DNA of 64,000 nt from Opitutaceae bacterium (GTDB lineage: Bacteria > Verrucomicrobiota > Verrucomicrobiia > Opitutales > Coraliomargaritaceae). The notes under the pieces are model-generated. The model worked only from the letters and a program-made list of their open reading frames with translations, made no database searches and was not told the DNA's origin. The translations under genes and the position numbers were made by a program. Shown here one piece after another: positions 18,989 through 30,182 of this stretch. How positions within the stretch are numbered: the stretch's first letter is position 1; every line of letters starts with the position of its first letter. The DNA lies in NCBI GenBank assembly GCA_051252375.1, contig JBPOFY010000010.1, positions 63,290 to 127,289 of the forward strand, in the 5' to 3' direction.

Positions 18989-21778
18989 ATGCGATGCCAA
19001 TGGATGTATTGCCGTATTATCGATAGATCCATCTATCGGGCTTCTAAGGCAAAGCGCATCGCCTGCGCATTTCTAACACTCCTCTGCGCAAGCTACCTCT
19101 ACGCAATCGAAGGCATCGACGTAGAGACCGGTGGCTCGTGGCGTGATGCTTCGGTTAAAAAACCTTGGTCATACAATGGTCAGAATGTATATGGCACTGC
19201 TGGCTACTATCTCTTTAATGTCACTGAACCAGGCGGCACCCGAGCAGCCAACAGACCTGCCGATGAAGGATTGAAGGTCTCGTTGCCTGCCTACATTGAA
19301 ACAGTGACCCCAATCGAAGGTGGTTATACCGCGCACTCTTTCGATTATCTCTTAATCGATTCTCCCGACGGACAAGGGCAAGTTGAGTCCGGACTCTTTG
19401 CGGTTGCGCCGGAGATGGCACAACAACCGGTTGATATCATTCAAATCAAACTCGGTGCCATTCCAAAGCTCTACGGCTTTAGACTCGGTATATTGATCGC
19501 CAATGCCGAGCGCACGAATTTATCGCCCGCAGAAATAACATTAAGGCGTGCCGACAACAGTTGGAACCGAAGCATCACCAATCTGCCACAAAGCAAGGAC
19601 GGCGTATGGGTCTTTTTCACCGTTCCTGCAAAACATGCAGGCAAAACGCTGATTCTCTCAGTCAAATCTCGCGAAAGATCTCCCGTCACAATTGGCGGTC
19701 TCATCTTTGATGATCTTACTGTAGCGCCTGAAGCATTCGCCTTGGGCGTAACTACCAACGACCCAGTCACTAGAAATGGTAATGTCACTTGGATCAGTCA
19801 GGTTGATCCCGTTAAAAATGGCGATGACTCTGAGTCGACTGAACCATGGGAGCATAAGCTAGCAATGAGCTTGATGAACACTTACAGGCAGAACACTGAG
19901 CGACTAGAAGTGATCGCCGATGAAATCAATCAATTGCCCACTCCTTACACAGGCGAACCGACTGGCACTGGTGGATATATGACGAAATGGATCGAGTCAC
20001 GAAATAATGAGATCAAAATCCACTTCAATTGGGATGAAGAAGTCGACATCGACGCGGTCGCTCTTTTCCCGCTCCGGCTCTTTCTTGCTGATGAAAACGG
20101 TCTAACAGATAATGCTTATTGGCCTGGCGATATTACTATTCAATCGGTCCACCAGGATGAACGACACTTACTGGCACGGCTAGTGAATACACAGGATACG
20201 ATCAAGCAGTCTTTACCCGAATTCGTTAGCTTCGAACCGATCAAAACTTATCATCTCGAATTTACGATTACCGACCTAAGCAAGCGCATCGGCAACAATC
20301 AATATGCCGCAGGGTTTTCCGAAATTGGTATTTTTTCTAAGCAAGAGAACATCACCCCGAGGGCGAAGTTACGAACCAGCAACTCACGAGAAGGTTACCG
20401 CATCTATTCAAGAGAATATTTAATCGACGGTCAGACACCATTGGGTCTACCCGAGATTGGGCCACGAACCAGCGGTAGCCTAGGACTTACAATACGCCAA
20501 CCAAATCGAGTCCCCAAAAAACCGATTAACATTGTTCTCAACTTAACGGAGAAAACAAAAATTGACGAAGTGCGATTAGATCCCGCCATCATCTATAAGC
20601 CCGGGCAAGCCTTCCCCGTGCGATTTTCAGTAGAACTACTGGACGAGAAAAAACAAGTGCTGCAGAGCGACGACCGCTTCAAAGATAAGCCGCTGCGAAA
20701 CCTGGGGCTGAATCCATACACTAGCATTTTCACAGAAGTAGAGGCGACGCATGTCCGTATTCGTATCTACGAAGTGTCGATGCCGAACATACAATCAACA
20801 CCTTGGATTCAGATCAGCGAAATCACCCCAATGTTCGATGGCATACCGATAAAAACAGTAAAGGACATCACGTCGCCAATGAACAAAAAAAGCCAACGGG
20901 CAGTGGGGATTACGGACCCATCAGGACTACAACTCTATTGGTCAGCTAAATCAGCGCATGACGGGCACACTCAATCAGGAAAGCTTTTAACGCTACGCGA
21001 CTGGGTAGAAGGTCTGCACAAACGACAACAACTACTCGAAGAACAACTAGAACTAGAGAATGCAAACATTGGAGCTCAGAATAGTATACGAACTCGATCC
21101 CTATGGGCCGTCACCATTACATTTCTGATGGTTTTAATCGGATCAATCTACATCATCATTCACTACAAAGTGAAAGCTCGTCGGGAGCTTAGAAATGCTC
21201 GAGAGCGCATTGCCAGTGACCTGCATGATGACGTCGGCAGTAACCTTGGCACAATCACACTCCATGCGGAATACCTACTAGATCACGTCGAAGAGACAGG
21301 ACTACAGGAACGACTCAAAGCCATCTTCAAACTGGCCTATGAAAGCACTTACGGTCTACGGGAAGTCTTACATACTTCTGCACCCAGAATTGGGCGCGCT
21401 CAGAACATACTTGGTTTCATGCAGGAGCTGGCAGCCATCGTCCTACCGGATACCGAAAAACACATTGAGTTAGACCAGTCGATCCGTGGCATGCTGACGA
21501 ATCCAGAAGTCCGCAAGGGCCTCCTACTCTACTACAAAGAAGCGATCACAAATATCCAATCACACGCACAGTGCAGCAATGTATTCATTTCGATGAAAAG
21601 AACCGATTACGGAATCGAGCTAATCATCAAAGATGACGGAATCGGCATGAGCCAAGATATAACGTCCAAAGATATCACCCTACGCACCTTGAAGCTTCGA
21701 GCAAAAGAACTCGGGTCATTGGAAATTCACTCTAAAGAAGGTGAAGGCACCGAGCTCATCCTAAGAGTGAGTGTTTGA
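18989..21778 (+). CDS. Sensor histidine kinase (HisKA_3) with large extracytoplasmic domain
   Basis: RIASDLHDDVGSNL H-box, EAITNI N-box, IKDDGIG, GEGTEL; TM helix before the kinase core. Start uncertain: ATG 18989 chosen over the overlapping 18935. Confidence 0.92.
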   Translation: MRCQWMYCRIIDRSIYRASKAKRIACAFLTLLCASYLYAIEGIDVETGGSWRDASVKKPWSYNGQNVYGTAGYYLFNVTEPGGTRAANRPADEGLKVSLPAYIETVTPIEGGYTAHSFDYLLIDSPDGQGQVESGLFAVAPEMAQQPVDIIQIKLGAIPKLYGFRLGILIANAERTNLSPAEITLRRADNSWNRSITNLPQSKDGVWVFFTVPAKHAGKTLILSVKSRERSPVTIGGLIFDDLTVAPEAFALGVTTNDPVTRNGNVTWISQVDPVKNGDDSESTEPWEHKLAMSLMNTYRQNTERLEVIADEINQLPTPYTGEPTGTGGYMTKWIESRNNEIKIHFNWDEEVDIDAVALFPLRLFLADENGLTDNAYWPGDITIQSVHQDERHLLARLVNTQDTIKQSLPEFVSFEPIKTYHLEFTITDLSKRIGNNQYAAGFSEIGIFSKQENITPRAKLRTSNSREGYRIYSREYLIDGQTPLGLPEIGPRTSGSLGLTIRQPNRVPKKPINIVLNLTEKTKIDEVRLDPAIIYKPGQAFPVRFSVELLDEKKQVLQSDDRFKDKPLRNLGLNPYTSIFTEVEATHVRIRIYEVSMPNIQSTPWIQISEITPMFDGIPIKTVKDITSPMNKKSQRAVGITDPSGLQLYWSAKSAHDGHTQSGKLLTLRDWVEGLHKRQQLLEEQLELENANIGAQNSIRTRSLWAVTITFLMVLIGSIYIIIHYKVKARRELRNARERIASDLHDDVGSNLGTITLHAEYLLDHVEETGLQERLKAIFKLAYESTYGLREVLHTSAPRIGRAQNILGFMQELAAIVLPDTEKHIELDQSIRGMLTNPEVRKGLLLYYKEAITNIQSHAQCSNVFISMKRTDYGIELIIKDDGIGMSQDITSKDITLRTLKLRAKELGSLEIHSKEGEGTELILRVSV

Positions 21779-21855
21779 TCAAAGCGACGAACGACAGGAC
21801 CAAGCTTTGTGTGACTGAGCAATGACTTATCGTCGGATGATACATTCAACACCTA

Positions 21856-21894
21856 GAAAACGAAAATGCCCCCAAGCCATTGGCTTGGGGGCAT
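21856..21894 (-). terminator. Rho-independent terminator of the SSS symporter
   Basis: ATGCCCCCAAGCCA-T-TGGCTTGGGGGCAT inverted repeat (21866-21894) followed by TTTCGTTTT on the minus strand; lies between convergent genes. Confidence 0.85.
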
Positions 21895-21954
21895 GATTAT
21901 CAAAAGTAATTGTAGCACCTTGGAACGTGAAACACGTCACAAGTTGCATTCACA

Positions 21955-23580
21955 TTATCCTGCGAAAGATGCGTAGATTGCGATCACCACAACGACGAGA
22001 ATCAAACTGGCAACCTTAGCGCCCTTCCATGGAGTCATGTCGATTGGAGTATCGGTCTCAAGTGTCCAAGCAGTTTCGCGAGGCTTAACCGCTGCCCAGA
22101 CGAGCATGATGAGAACCAACAGAGCGAAGACGAAGCCGAGGAAGTGGAAGTTGTAGAGGAAGATCTTGTCGACAGCCTCGTCGAGTCCGGGAACGAAGTA
22201 TTTCACAGCCAGCATCACTAGACCGATAAGAAGTGCGGTGAAAGCAGCCACACTTGGCACGCGTGAATGCAGCATACCGACAACCACCACCGAGAAAATC
22301 GGGATGAAGTAAATGCCGTTCATCTTTTGCAAGTAACCGAAAATACTGTCCTGACCAGCGAGCAGCGGAGCTACAAACATGGCAGCGATCGCGATGGTCA
22401 CCACGAAGATCTTGGCAGCACGCATGGTCGATGCCTCACTCGCGTTTGGACTGATCATGTGCTTGTAGAAACCGATACTAAACAGCGCGGACGTGCTGTT
22501 CAGGGCGGCATTGAAAGAGCTCAAAATCGCACCAACCATCACCGCGGCGAAGAAACCAGTAAGTTGTGGCGGTAGAACTTCACGCACCAATGTGCCATAA
22601 GCTTGGTCGTTTGTAATGCCATCTGCAGCAAACAGGTGGAATGCGATGATACCAGGAAGAACGAGGTAGATCGGTCCGAGCAATTTAAGCGCACCGGTTA
22701 ACAAAACACCCTTTTGGCCTTCAGCCAGGCTACTGGCACCAAAAGTTCTTTGGATGATTTGCTGGTTCGTGCACCAGTAGAAAAGATTCAACAGCGCCAC
22801 ACCGGTAAAGAGTGTGCTGAACGGCACGCTGGTATCGCTTGTGCCGATAGAATTCAAACGCTCAGGGTTGGCCTCTTTTAGAATGCTCCAACCTTCGAGG
22901 ATGCCTTGACCGTCACTCACACGATCCAAAGCGAACCATGCAATCATGAAACCGCCGATTAGGAGGCCAATGCCGTTAATCGTATCCAAAACCGCGAGAG
23001 TTTTAAGACCACCAAAACGCGTGTAAATACCACCCATGATACCGATCAAGAAAACGGTGAGCCATAGAATGACTGTATCCGGATCATGCATCGTGCCCAA
23101 GAACGATACAGGCTCGGTGATTCCCGTGAGGGTTTTCAAGTCGAGCATCACAGAAAGTCCAACTGCACCACTATAGAGAATGATCGGGATCAGCAAAAAC
23201 GCATACGCTAGGAGGAAGACCATATTGGTCAGGCTCTGTGTGCGCTTATCAAAGCGGTTTTCCAAGAACTGAGGCACTGTTGTGATACCTGCCTTAAGGA
23301 ACTTCGGAAGGAAGAACAAGGCCATCAAAACGAGCGCGATAACAGCAACCACTTCCCACGCCATCACAGCGAGACCGTCCTTAAAGGCGGCACCGTTGAG
23401 ACCAACCATTTGCTCGGTTGATAGATTCGTCAAAAGCAACGAACCTGCAATAACAGGAAAGGTCAGCGAGCGTCCACCGAGAAAGAAGCCCGTAGAAGAG
23501 CTGTTTTCCGATTTACGGGTTATCATAAATGTGACAACCGCTGCAAAGATAGTGAAACCTAAGAAAGATAGGAGAACCAT
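21955..23580 (-). CDS. Solute:sodium symporter (SSS family, YidK-like sugar symporter)
   Basis: GFFLGGRSL, SLLLTNLSTEQMVGLNG, FYWCTNQQIIQR; multiple TM helices. Confidence 0.95.
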   Translation of the reverse strand: MVLLSFLGFTIFAAVVTFMITRKSENSSSTGFFLGGRSLTFPVIAGSLLLTNLSTEQMVGLNGAAFKDGLAVMAWEVVAVIALVLMALFFLPKFLKAGITTVPQFLENRFDKRTQSLTNMVFLLAYAFLLIPIILYSGAVGLSVMLDLKTLTGITEPVSFLGTMHDPDTVILWLTVFLIGIMGGIYTRFGGLKTLAVLDTINGIGLLIGGFMIAWFALDRVSDGQGILEGWSILKEANPERLNSIGTSDTSVPFSTLFTGVALLNLFYWCTNQQIIQRTFGASSLAEGQKGVLLTGALKLLGPIYLVLPGIIAFHLFAADGITNDQAYGTLVREVLPPQLTGFFAAVMVGAILSSFNAALNSTSALFSIGFYKHMISPNASEASTMRAAKIFVVTIAIAAMFVAPLLAGQDSIFGYLQKMNGIYFIPIFSVVVVGMLHSRVPSVAAFTALLIGLVMLAVKYFVPGLDEAVDKIFLYNFHFLGFVFALLVLIMLVWAAVKPRETAWTLETDTPIDMTPWKGAKVASLILVVVVIAIYASFAG

Positions 23581-23829
23581 AATGAGTGGGGGGTTATAAT
23601 TTCGTTAACAATAGGATAGAAAACAGAAGCACTCACTGGTTAAAAGTGAGACGCGCCGATTTAGTGAGAGATATTAACTAATAGCAAACCATTCCTCCGC
23701 CCCACTTTATGTGAAGCGATGTAAAAAGGTTCACCACCTGCAAATCGTAAAGTTAGCAGAATAGCTCTTGGAAATTAAGCCACAATCGTTTTTATTTTTT
23801 AAGAAATCGGGTCAAACTCATTTCCTGCA

Positions 23830-24969
23830 ATGAAACGTATCGCCATTCTAGTAGAAACATCGCTCGCCTCCGGACGCCAAATATTAACGGGCATCTCGAA
23901 GTTTTTGGATGAAGGCTCTGACTGGTCCGCCTATCAGTGCTTAGGCTCTCTTGGAGCAATGAATACTGAGTTGATACGCAATTGGGAAGGCGACGGCATC
24001 ATCGCTCGAATTGATAATGAAGAACTTCTCGAAATGATCCAACGCAAGGGCGTCCCCACGGTCGACGTCCTAGGCAACGTGGCGCAAGAGCAATTCCCAC
24101 TCGTCAAATGCAATGACCGAGCAATTGGCTCGGCGGTAGCCAAGCACTTCATCGAAAATGCACACTACAACTTCGCATATATTGGGCTGAGCAATGAGCG
24201 GTGGTCTCTTGAGCGCGAGGAAGGCTTTAGGCAGGTGATCCATGCGCAGGGAAACGAAGTGTCCACTTTTCACTTTGAACAGCGCCAGATGGAGAAAATT
24301 TTCACGGGTAATGAATTCGATGATCTCCGAAAGTGGCTGGTCAGTTTAAACACCCCGGTGGCGATCATGGTCGCCAGTGATCAATTTGCTCAATTGATCT
24401 TCGAGACCTGCCAACAGTTGGACCTAGCAATACCCGAAGATGTCTGTGTAGTCGGCGTGGATAACGACCGCCCTTTTAGTAATCTATGTCGTCCGCGCTT
24501 AAGCAGCGTCGAACCGGACCATGTGCAGATCGGCTATCTCGCGGCAAAGACGCTGGATTCAATGATCTCGAACAAGCAACCGGATCAGCGAGTCATCGAA
24601 ATCGATACCTACACACTACACCGAAGACAATCGAGTGAGCTGATTGCACTCGACGATGCTTCAATTGTCCAGGCACTCAAATACATACGATTACACGCGT
24701 CCGAATCGCCGAGTATTAATACCATCGCCGAAGTATCGGGTCTTTCACGAACGATCCTGCAACGTCGCTTTCGCGACAAAATCGGACGAACTGTTGGCGA
24801 CACCGTGCTGAGCGAGAAGCTTCGTTTGGCCCGCGAAATGTTAAAGCACACCAACCTCCCGCTCTCGATTGTTGCGGAACGCAGCGGCTTCAACTCGCAA
24901 GAATATATGAACCACATATTCAAGACACACTTGAAAACCACACCGAGGAAATATCGCCTGCAGGGTTAA
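23830..24969 (+). CDS. XylR-type transcriptional regulator (LacI-like binding domain + AraC HTH)
   Basis: DGIIARI, IPEDVCVVGVDND, LSSV; C-terminal AraC HTH (VAERSGFNSQEYMNHIFK...TPRKYR). Confidence 0.93.
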   Translation: MKRIAILVETSLASGRQILTGISKFLDEGSDWSAYQCLGSLGAMNTELIRNWEGDGIIARIDNEELLEMIQRKGVPTVDVLGNVAQEQFPLVKCNDRAIGSAVAKHFIENAHYNFAYIGLSNERWSLEREEGFRQVIHAQGNEVSTFHFEQRQMEKIFTGNEFDDLRKWLVSLNTPVAIMVASDQFAQLIFETCQQLDLAIPEDVCVVGVDNDRPFSNLCRPRLSSVEPDHVQIGYLAAKTLDSMISNKQPDQRVIEIDTYTLHRRQSSELIALDDASIVQALKYIRLHASESPSINTIAEVSGLSRTILQRRFRDKIGRTVGDTVLSEKLRLAREMLKHTNLPLSIVAERSGFNSQEYMNHIFKTHLKTTPRKYRLQG

Positions 24970-24970
24970 C

Positions 24971-25810
24971 TTACTTCAGGAAGTCGATCAATGCCGCCCC
25001 AAAACTATGGGGTGAAACATGCCCACTCGGTCCTTTCGACTGAGCCAGCTCGATAATACGGGGATGCGCATTCGCCGGGCAAATGACTTGCTCAAAGGTT
25101 TCGAAAATAGACAGATCGTTCAGATAGTCGCCCATTGCTAAGGCATCTGTAAGGTCAATTTTCAAGTGAGCCGACAGTAATGTAATACCGTCCATCTTGG
25201 TAATCTCCGGCAAGACATCGATGAAGCTGTCGGAGCGACAAAACTCAAGTTGTGCAAATGCCTCCGCCGATAGACTTTCGCGAGCGAGTGTTTCGATCGC
25301 CGCCTGCACTGTTGCAGGCTCTGCATTCGCAGGAAAATCAAAAGAGAGATTACAGTCCTTTTCCAAGCGTGCCATATTGCCACCAAAGATAGCCTCCATA
25401 GCAGCTTGCCCCTCCGCATCATACCAACTGAGGAGTTGCTCCATGGTATCGAGATTCGCGTAACGTTTAGCTAAATCCGGCAGACCACAATCGGTGGCCA
25501 TTTGCACAAGGTCCAGGTTTCGATCTTCAACACGATCGTAAATCACGGATGCGTGCTCGAGTAAGAAGTAGCGCAGTTTAGGCGTCTTCAAATACTTGGC
25601 AAAATTTTGGCAAATCGGCCAGAAGCGACCAGTGTTGATCACAAAATGCTCCAAATGTGAGGCATCCACCGCACCATCAATCGCTTGAAGCATCGCAATC
25701 TGATTAGCCGAAGGCTCCCAACTGGCATCAGCTCCGAAGCCTTCACCGTCTTCAGGATTCAAGCATCCATCGACGTCTTGGAAGAGTATTTTGATCTGCT
25801 CAAGTTTCAT
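24971..25810 (-). CDS. HAD-superfamily hydrolase (class IIB-like phosphatase)
   Basis: Motif I DVDGCL, motif II NTGR, motif III K, motif IV GDYLNDL. Confidence 0.85.
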   Translation of the reverse strand: MKLEQIKILFQDVDGCLNPEDGEGFGADASWEPSANQIAMLQAIDGAVDASHLEHFVINTGRFWPICQNFAKYLKTPKLRYFLLEHASVIYDRVEDRNLDLVQMATDCGLPDLAKRYANLDTMEQLLSWYDAEGQAAMEAIFGGNMARLEKDCNLSFDFPANAEPATVQAAIETLARESLSAEAFAQLEFCRSDSFIDVLPEITKMDGITLLSAHLKIDLTDALAMGDYLNDLSIFETFEQVICPANAHPRIIELAQSKGPSGHVSPHSFGAALIDFLK

Positions 25811-25987
25811 GACATCAAACGGACTAAAGCAGATACTCCTGAGCCGCTATCTTTAATTCGAAAACCCCAATATTTGAGCGCATGAAAACTCGTGAAGCAA
25901 AAGCGCCCTGCTCCACGAGTTAGTTCACACACACAATAAAATTCTAACAACTGATAGCCTCAATTCAGTAGCCGTCTAAAAAGTCCC

Positions 25988-27874
25988 CTACTTCATGAGT
26001 TTCTTAACTTGTTCACCAATTTCAGGATCAGAAGCTAATGATTTGAAGGACTGGTTGAATGCCCGCTGTGTCTTTCTATTCATGCTCATCCCTTTAAATA
26101 TATCTAAGATGGATTGCTTGAACTCAAGCGACGGCGCGGCATTAATTGCCTTCGCTGCTAAGTCGAACTTTTCATTGGATTCGCCAGAGATGCCTCTTTG
26201 TGAGACCAAACGGGAAATGCCTTTTACTGCAGCTGCCGCATCAGCTTCGGATGCACCAGACTTCGACATGACTGCAAGCCACACATCTCCACCGGAAACA
26301 TCCGACCATCTGCTAAGCGACCGGACTGCATCCGCCTGTAACGAGCTGTCGGTGACGATTAAGTTTTGCAAATAGTCAGCCGCCGGCTTGCAAGACACAC
26401 CATCCAAAATCGCTAAAATCGCCTTACGCTGCTCATCATTTGCAGCGGACTTTAACGCCGGTGCAAAAGAGCTAGTCCATAAACCATCGCTACTAGCCAA
26501 GCTGACACTTAGCTTCTTTAAGCTGCCTTGCGCGGCACGTGTGTCTGCATCATTCTTCAGCACGGCTGCCAACAATACATCGACACTCTCTTTACCTCCG
26601 ATCAATTCCATGGACTGAAAAGCGGCCTTCTTAAGCTCCGAGTTCGTTGTCTCAGCCACGAGTTGATTAATTAAATCAATCGCACCTTTAGTATTTCTTA
26701 GAGTCATCAATTTAACCGCTGCCACTTGTGCATCGGCATGGCTCGAGTCAGACGCAGCCTTTAACAAATCAGCGTCTGCAGCAGGCGCATTGATTCGAAT
26801 TAATGCCTCCTTAATGACACTGTTATTCGAGTCTGCCAAATAGAGCTCATAGAGTGCAGGATAGCTTTGATCACTACCGATCACACCAAGTGTTTTGATC
26901 GCCTCTGACTTGATCTCGGCAGAACCGCGCTCGAGAATCGCGAGAACCTGCGGTTCATATTGATTGAGCTCTAAATCACTGATCACTCCTAAAAAGATCG
27001 CTTGTGTTGAAGCGTCTAGCGAAGGCAATAGATCGATGACTTCTTCTTGCATGGCAGATGTCAACGCGGCACGTATGATCAGACTGCGGGCTGGATAAGC
27101 ATCGTCGTTGATCGCCGTTTGTAGTAGAGCCTTGGCAGATGCGGCATCCAATGTAATCAGCTGCTGAAAAGCACCCAGCTTAACCGCTGTATTTTGGCCG
27201 TTCACCGCAAGCGCTTTGGCAACAGGAACATCGCTCAAGCCTGCATCCAATAGTGCGAATGCAATATCTTGTTTTAGCTCAACACTAGCACTGCTGGTTT
27301 TCTTCATCAAAGCAGCTTCGGCATCTTTCCCACCGATTTTACCTAACGCCATCGCAGCCTTCGCGGCGACCGCATACGATTCTGAATCGAGCAACGCAGC
27401 GACTTTTGAGACTGAGTTCACATCTCCACGATAAGCCAATGCATCGAGGATAGCGCCCTGCTCCTCAGTTGGCACTCCGCTCAGAGCGTTCTCTAAAACA
27501 CGTGTCGCGGCATCCGATGGATTCGCTTGTAATGCGAGACGTGCCAAATCACGAATGCGCACATCCTTATCAACCAAAAGCTGAGCTAGAGGCAAAGTAG
27601 ATGCTTCGCCGCCAAACAACTCGAGCATTCGAATCGACCAATCACGAACAGCAAAAGAATGGTCCGCTGAAATTGCCCCATGGAGCTGCTCAATCGCTGC
27701 TACACGATCAACACCGGCGGAATCAGTAATGGCTTGGCGTAACTCGATTCGGGCAGTCTTACGCAGCCCATAGTCATCCGTATCCAGCTTCGAAATTAGC
27801 CCGCTTACATCAGCAGCTAAAGCGCTAGTGGCAAACACTAGGCAGCTCAAAAGAATTAGTAATTTTTGATACAT
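25988..27874 (-). CDS. Exported HEAT-repeat protein
   Basis: Signal peptide; all-helical repeats (IRDLARLAL, AAMALGKIGG, AIKTLGVIG, AVRSLSRW). Confidence 0.85.
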   Translation of the reverse strand: MYQKLLILLSCLVFATSALAADVSGLISKLDTDDYGLRKTARIELRQAITDSAGVDRVAAIEQLHGAISADHSFAVRDWSIRMLELFGGEASTLPLAQLLVDKDVRIRDLARLALQANPSDAATRVLENALSGVPTEEQGAILDALAYRGDVNSVSKVAALLDSESYAVAAKAAMALGKIGGKDAEAALMKKTSSASVELKQDIAFALLDAGLSDVPVAKALAVNGQNTAVKLGAFQQLITLDAASAKALLQTAINDDAYPARSLIIRAALTSAMQEEVIDLLPSLDASTQAIFLGVISDLELNQYEPQVLAILERGSAEIKSEAIKTLGVIGSDQSYPALYELYLADSNNSVIKEALIRINAPAADADLLKAASDSSHADAQVAAVKLMTLRNTKGAIDLINQLVAETTNSELKKAAFQSMELIGGKESVDVLLAAVLKNDADTRAAQGSLKKLSVSLASSDGLWTSSFAPALKSAANDEQRKAILAILDGVSCKPAADYLQNLIVTDSSLQADAVRSLSRWSDVSGGDVWLAVMSKSGASEADAAAAVKGISRLVSQRGISGESNEKFDLAAKAINAAPSLEFKQSILDIFKGMSMNRKTQRAFNQSFKSLASDPEIGEQVKKLMK

Positions 27875-27916
27875 TTTGAAATTTTATAAAAGTTGTAGTC
27901 GTTACGTCTCCGCAAT

Positions 27917-29194
27917 TTAGACCGGAAGTTCGTAACCCGCACGACGTGGACGATCCATCCAGCGTAGCGCATCGGCATCGTTAAGAATCTGTTCAGATTT
28001 GGGATCCCACTGAATGGAACGACCTAAACGCTCAGCGATTCCGGACAACTGACAAATGGTGCCAGTGCGGTGACCGATCGTGGCTGGACAAATCGGGGTT
28101 TTGCGTGATTTAACGCAATCGATCCAGTTATTCTGTTGATTACTAGATTCATACAATCGCACATCTCCCGATGAGAGCGGACGCTTAGCCATACCAGGAA
28201 CACTCGTTTCCAATTCACCACGGCTGGCAAGCACTTCGCCCTTCGTGCCGATGAAACGAATCATGTGTCCCTTCATGTCCTGATGATCACGAATCACCTT
28301 AATGCCATCATCGTATTGATGATATTGATACTTTTCACCTTTATAGCCCTTAGGCACAAACAGATTTGGTCCACTATCATCGCGACCGAGTGCCCACTGA
28401 ATAATGTCAAAGTGGTGAGCACCCCAATCGCCATTCTTACGAGAACCATATTCCCAATAACTGCGCCATCCGCCACCAAAGGAACCAAGCACTCTCTCAG
28501 CAGTATATGGTTCGTAAGGAGCAGGTCCCAACCACTTGTCGTAGTTAAAGCCTTCAGGTATTGGCTGTTCAGCACCTAATGTGGAAGGCGGAAAGCCACC
28601 CAGTCGTGCATAAATTTCCTTAATCTCGCCAATCCAGCCGTTACGCACGATTTCAGCAGCTTTACGAAAGTTACGATCTGATCGCTGCATGGAGCCAACC
28701 TGCAATATCGTTCCGTAACGCTTCTCTGCCTCAACCATCGCCTTACCTTCATCAATAGTAAGCGTCATCGGCTTCTCGACATAAACATCCTTTCCTGCCC
28801 GCATCGCCGCAATGGCGATGGCTGCATGCCAGTGATCGGGAGTCACAATAACGACTGCATCGACTGCAGGGTCATTGATGATGTCCTCGTAGTCAGGCGT
28901 CGCTTTAATATCTTTAAAGCCACGCTTAGACATCTCCTGCTTGGCCTTAGCCAATTGCTCAGGTTTAACGTCACACACATAGAGTGGCTGCACATCACTA
29001 CGCCCAGCCATACCATAGTGAACACCGACCTGTAAGCCCATACCAATATAGGCAATATTCACTCGACCATTGGCTCCGGTCCTACCGTTAATACCTAAGG
29101 TTTCGGAACGAAGAATCATTGGCACTGCCAACAATGAGGTGCCAAGAAGTGCGCCTTGCTTCATAAAGCTACGGCGTGATTGATGTGCTTTCAT
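27917..29194 (-). CDS. Tat-exported Gfo/Idh/MocA oxidoreductase
   Basis: [31 protein letters not shown]. Confidence 0.95.
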   Translation of the reverse strand: MKAHQSRRSFMKQGALLGTSLLAVPMILRSETLGINGRTGANGRVNIAYIGMGLQVGVHYGMAGRSDVQPLYVCDVKPEQLAKAKQEMSKRGFKDIKATPDYEDIINDPAVDAVVIVTPDHWHAAIAIAAMRAGKDVYVEKPMTLTIDEGKAMVEAEKRYGTILQVGSMQRSDRNFRKAAEIVRNGWIGEIKEIYARLGGFPPSTLGAEQPIPEGFNYDKWLGPAPYEPYTAERVLGSFGGGWRSYWEYGSRKNGDWGAHHFDIIQWALGRDDSGPNLFVPKGYKGEKYQYHQYDDGIKVIRDHQDMKGHMIRFIGTKGEVLASRGELETSVPGMAKRPLSSGDVRLYESSNQQNNWIDCVKSRKTPICPATIGHRTGTICQLSGIAERLGRSIQWDPKSEQILNDADALRWMDRPRRAGYELPV

Positions 29195-29217
29195 AATAAA
29201 AAGAGAAGGATTAGAAA

Positions 29218-30162
29218 TTAACGCTTTGCGCTAGGTGTAGTATCCGCTTCAAGGTCACCTGTTGCGAATTGGATGCCGGCAAGAAAATGCTTCAGCATCA
29301 GATTACTAGTGAAGATGTGATCGTTATGTCCTAGGCTAGTATAGAATACACGCCCTTTACCTACGCTCTGCACCCAAGCTACGGCATAGTCGTTGTCTTT
29401 ACGCTTCAGACCTTCGACCTGAGCGCTCTTCTCAACATTAACATGCATTAAAACACGCAGTCTATCACGGGTGTATGGCTCTTCACGGAATTGGTAAATC
29501 TCTTCCTTAAAGCTAAACTCACGAAGGTCACCAAATACTGGCTTCATTGTGCCATGCTCAGGATCTTCAACAGTGATCGTAACATTCGTATTCGCACGCC
29601 ATGGGTGACCATCGAAGTAACCTCCAATTGCTTTGCCATAATTTTCATGCTCATAGCAAGCATCGGTAGCGGAGTGAATACCTACAAGACCGCCGCCATC
29701 TGCAACATATCGGATGATGTTATCAGTCAGTCGCACTTGACGTGCCTCCAACCAAGCCAAGTCTTCCTCGGAAAACTTCTTTTTCTGCTTTTTGTTGGGC
29801 ATGAAGAAATCACCTGTTGGGCTCAGCAATACAATGGCGTCAAATTTCTTCAAAGCATCCAGTTCAAAGTTCGCAGGATCATCACTGATCACCACATCAT
29901 AAGCACCGGTTGATTCACCCAACTGTTCCAAGGCGAGCTTACCCAAAGGAATCGATTTGTGGCGATATCCTGCAGTGGCACTAAACACTAGTATGCTGCG
30001 TGACTCTTTAGGTCTTACAATTGGATCCTTCGGCAATGCCTTCTCGACATCCGCAACAAGATTTGGAGCAACGGGTGCGTCATTGTGGTTTGGCGCCCAT
30101 TTAGCATAACAAGATGTTAGGCATAGCGTCGATAGGACTAAAATAAGTGATTTGTTTTTCAT
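29218..30162 (-). CDS. ThuA-like domain protein (exported, possible lipoprotein)
   Basis: [39 protein letters not shown]. Confidence 0.9.
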   Translation of the reverse strand: MKNKSLILVLSTLCLTSCYAKWAPNHNDAPVAPNLVADVEKALPKDPIVRPKESRSILVFSATAGYRHKSIPLGKLALEQLGESTGAYDVVISDDPANFELDALKKFDAIVLLSPTGDFFMPNKKQKKKFSEEDLAWLEARQVRLTDNIIRYVADGGGLVGIHSATDACYEHENYGKAIGGYFDGHPWRANTNVTITVEDPEHGTMKPVFGDLREFSFKEEIYQFREEPYTRDRLRVLMHVNVEKSAQVEGLKRKDNDYAVAWVQSVGKGRVFYTSLGHNDHIFTSNLMLKHFLAGIQFATGDLEADTTPSAKR

Positions 30163-30182
30163 AATAAATGGATTCGGAATGA

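Noticed and set aside
21924..21936. ACGTG-AAA-CACGT dyad (and half site TCACGT at 52641)
   Set aside because: Wrong orientation/spacing or only half of the TCACGT-N4-ACGTGA motif; the first lies between convergent gene ends.
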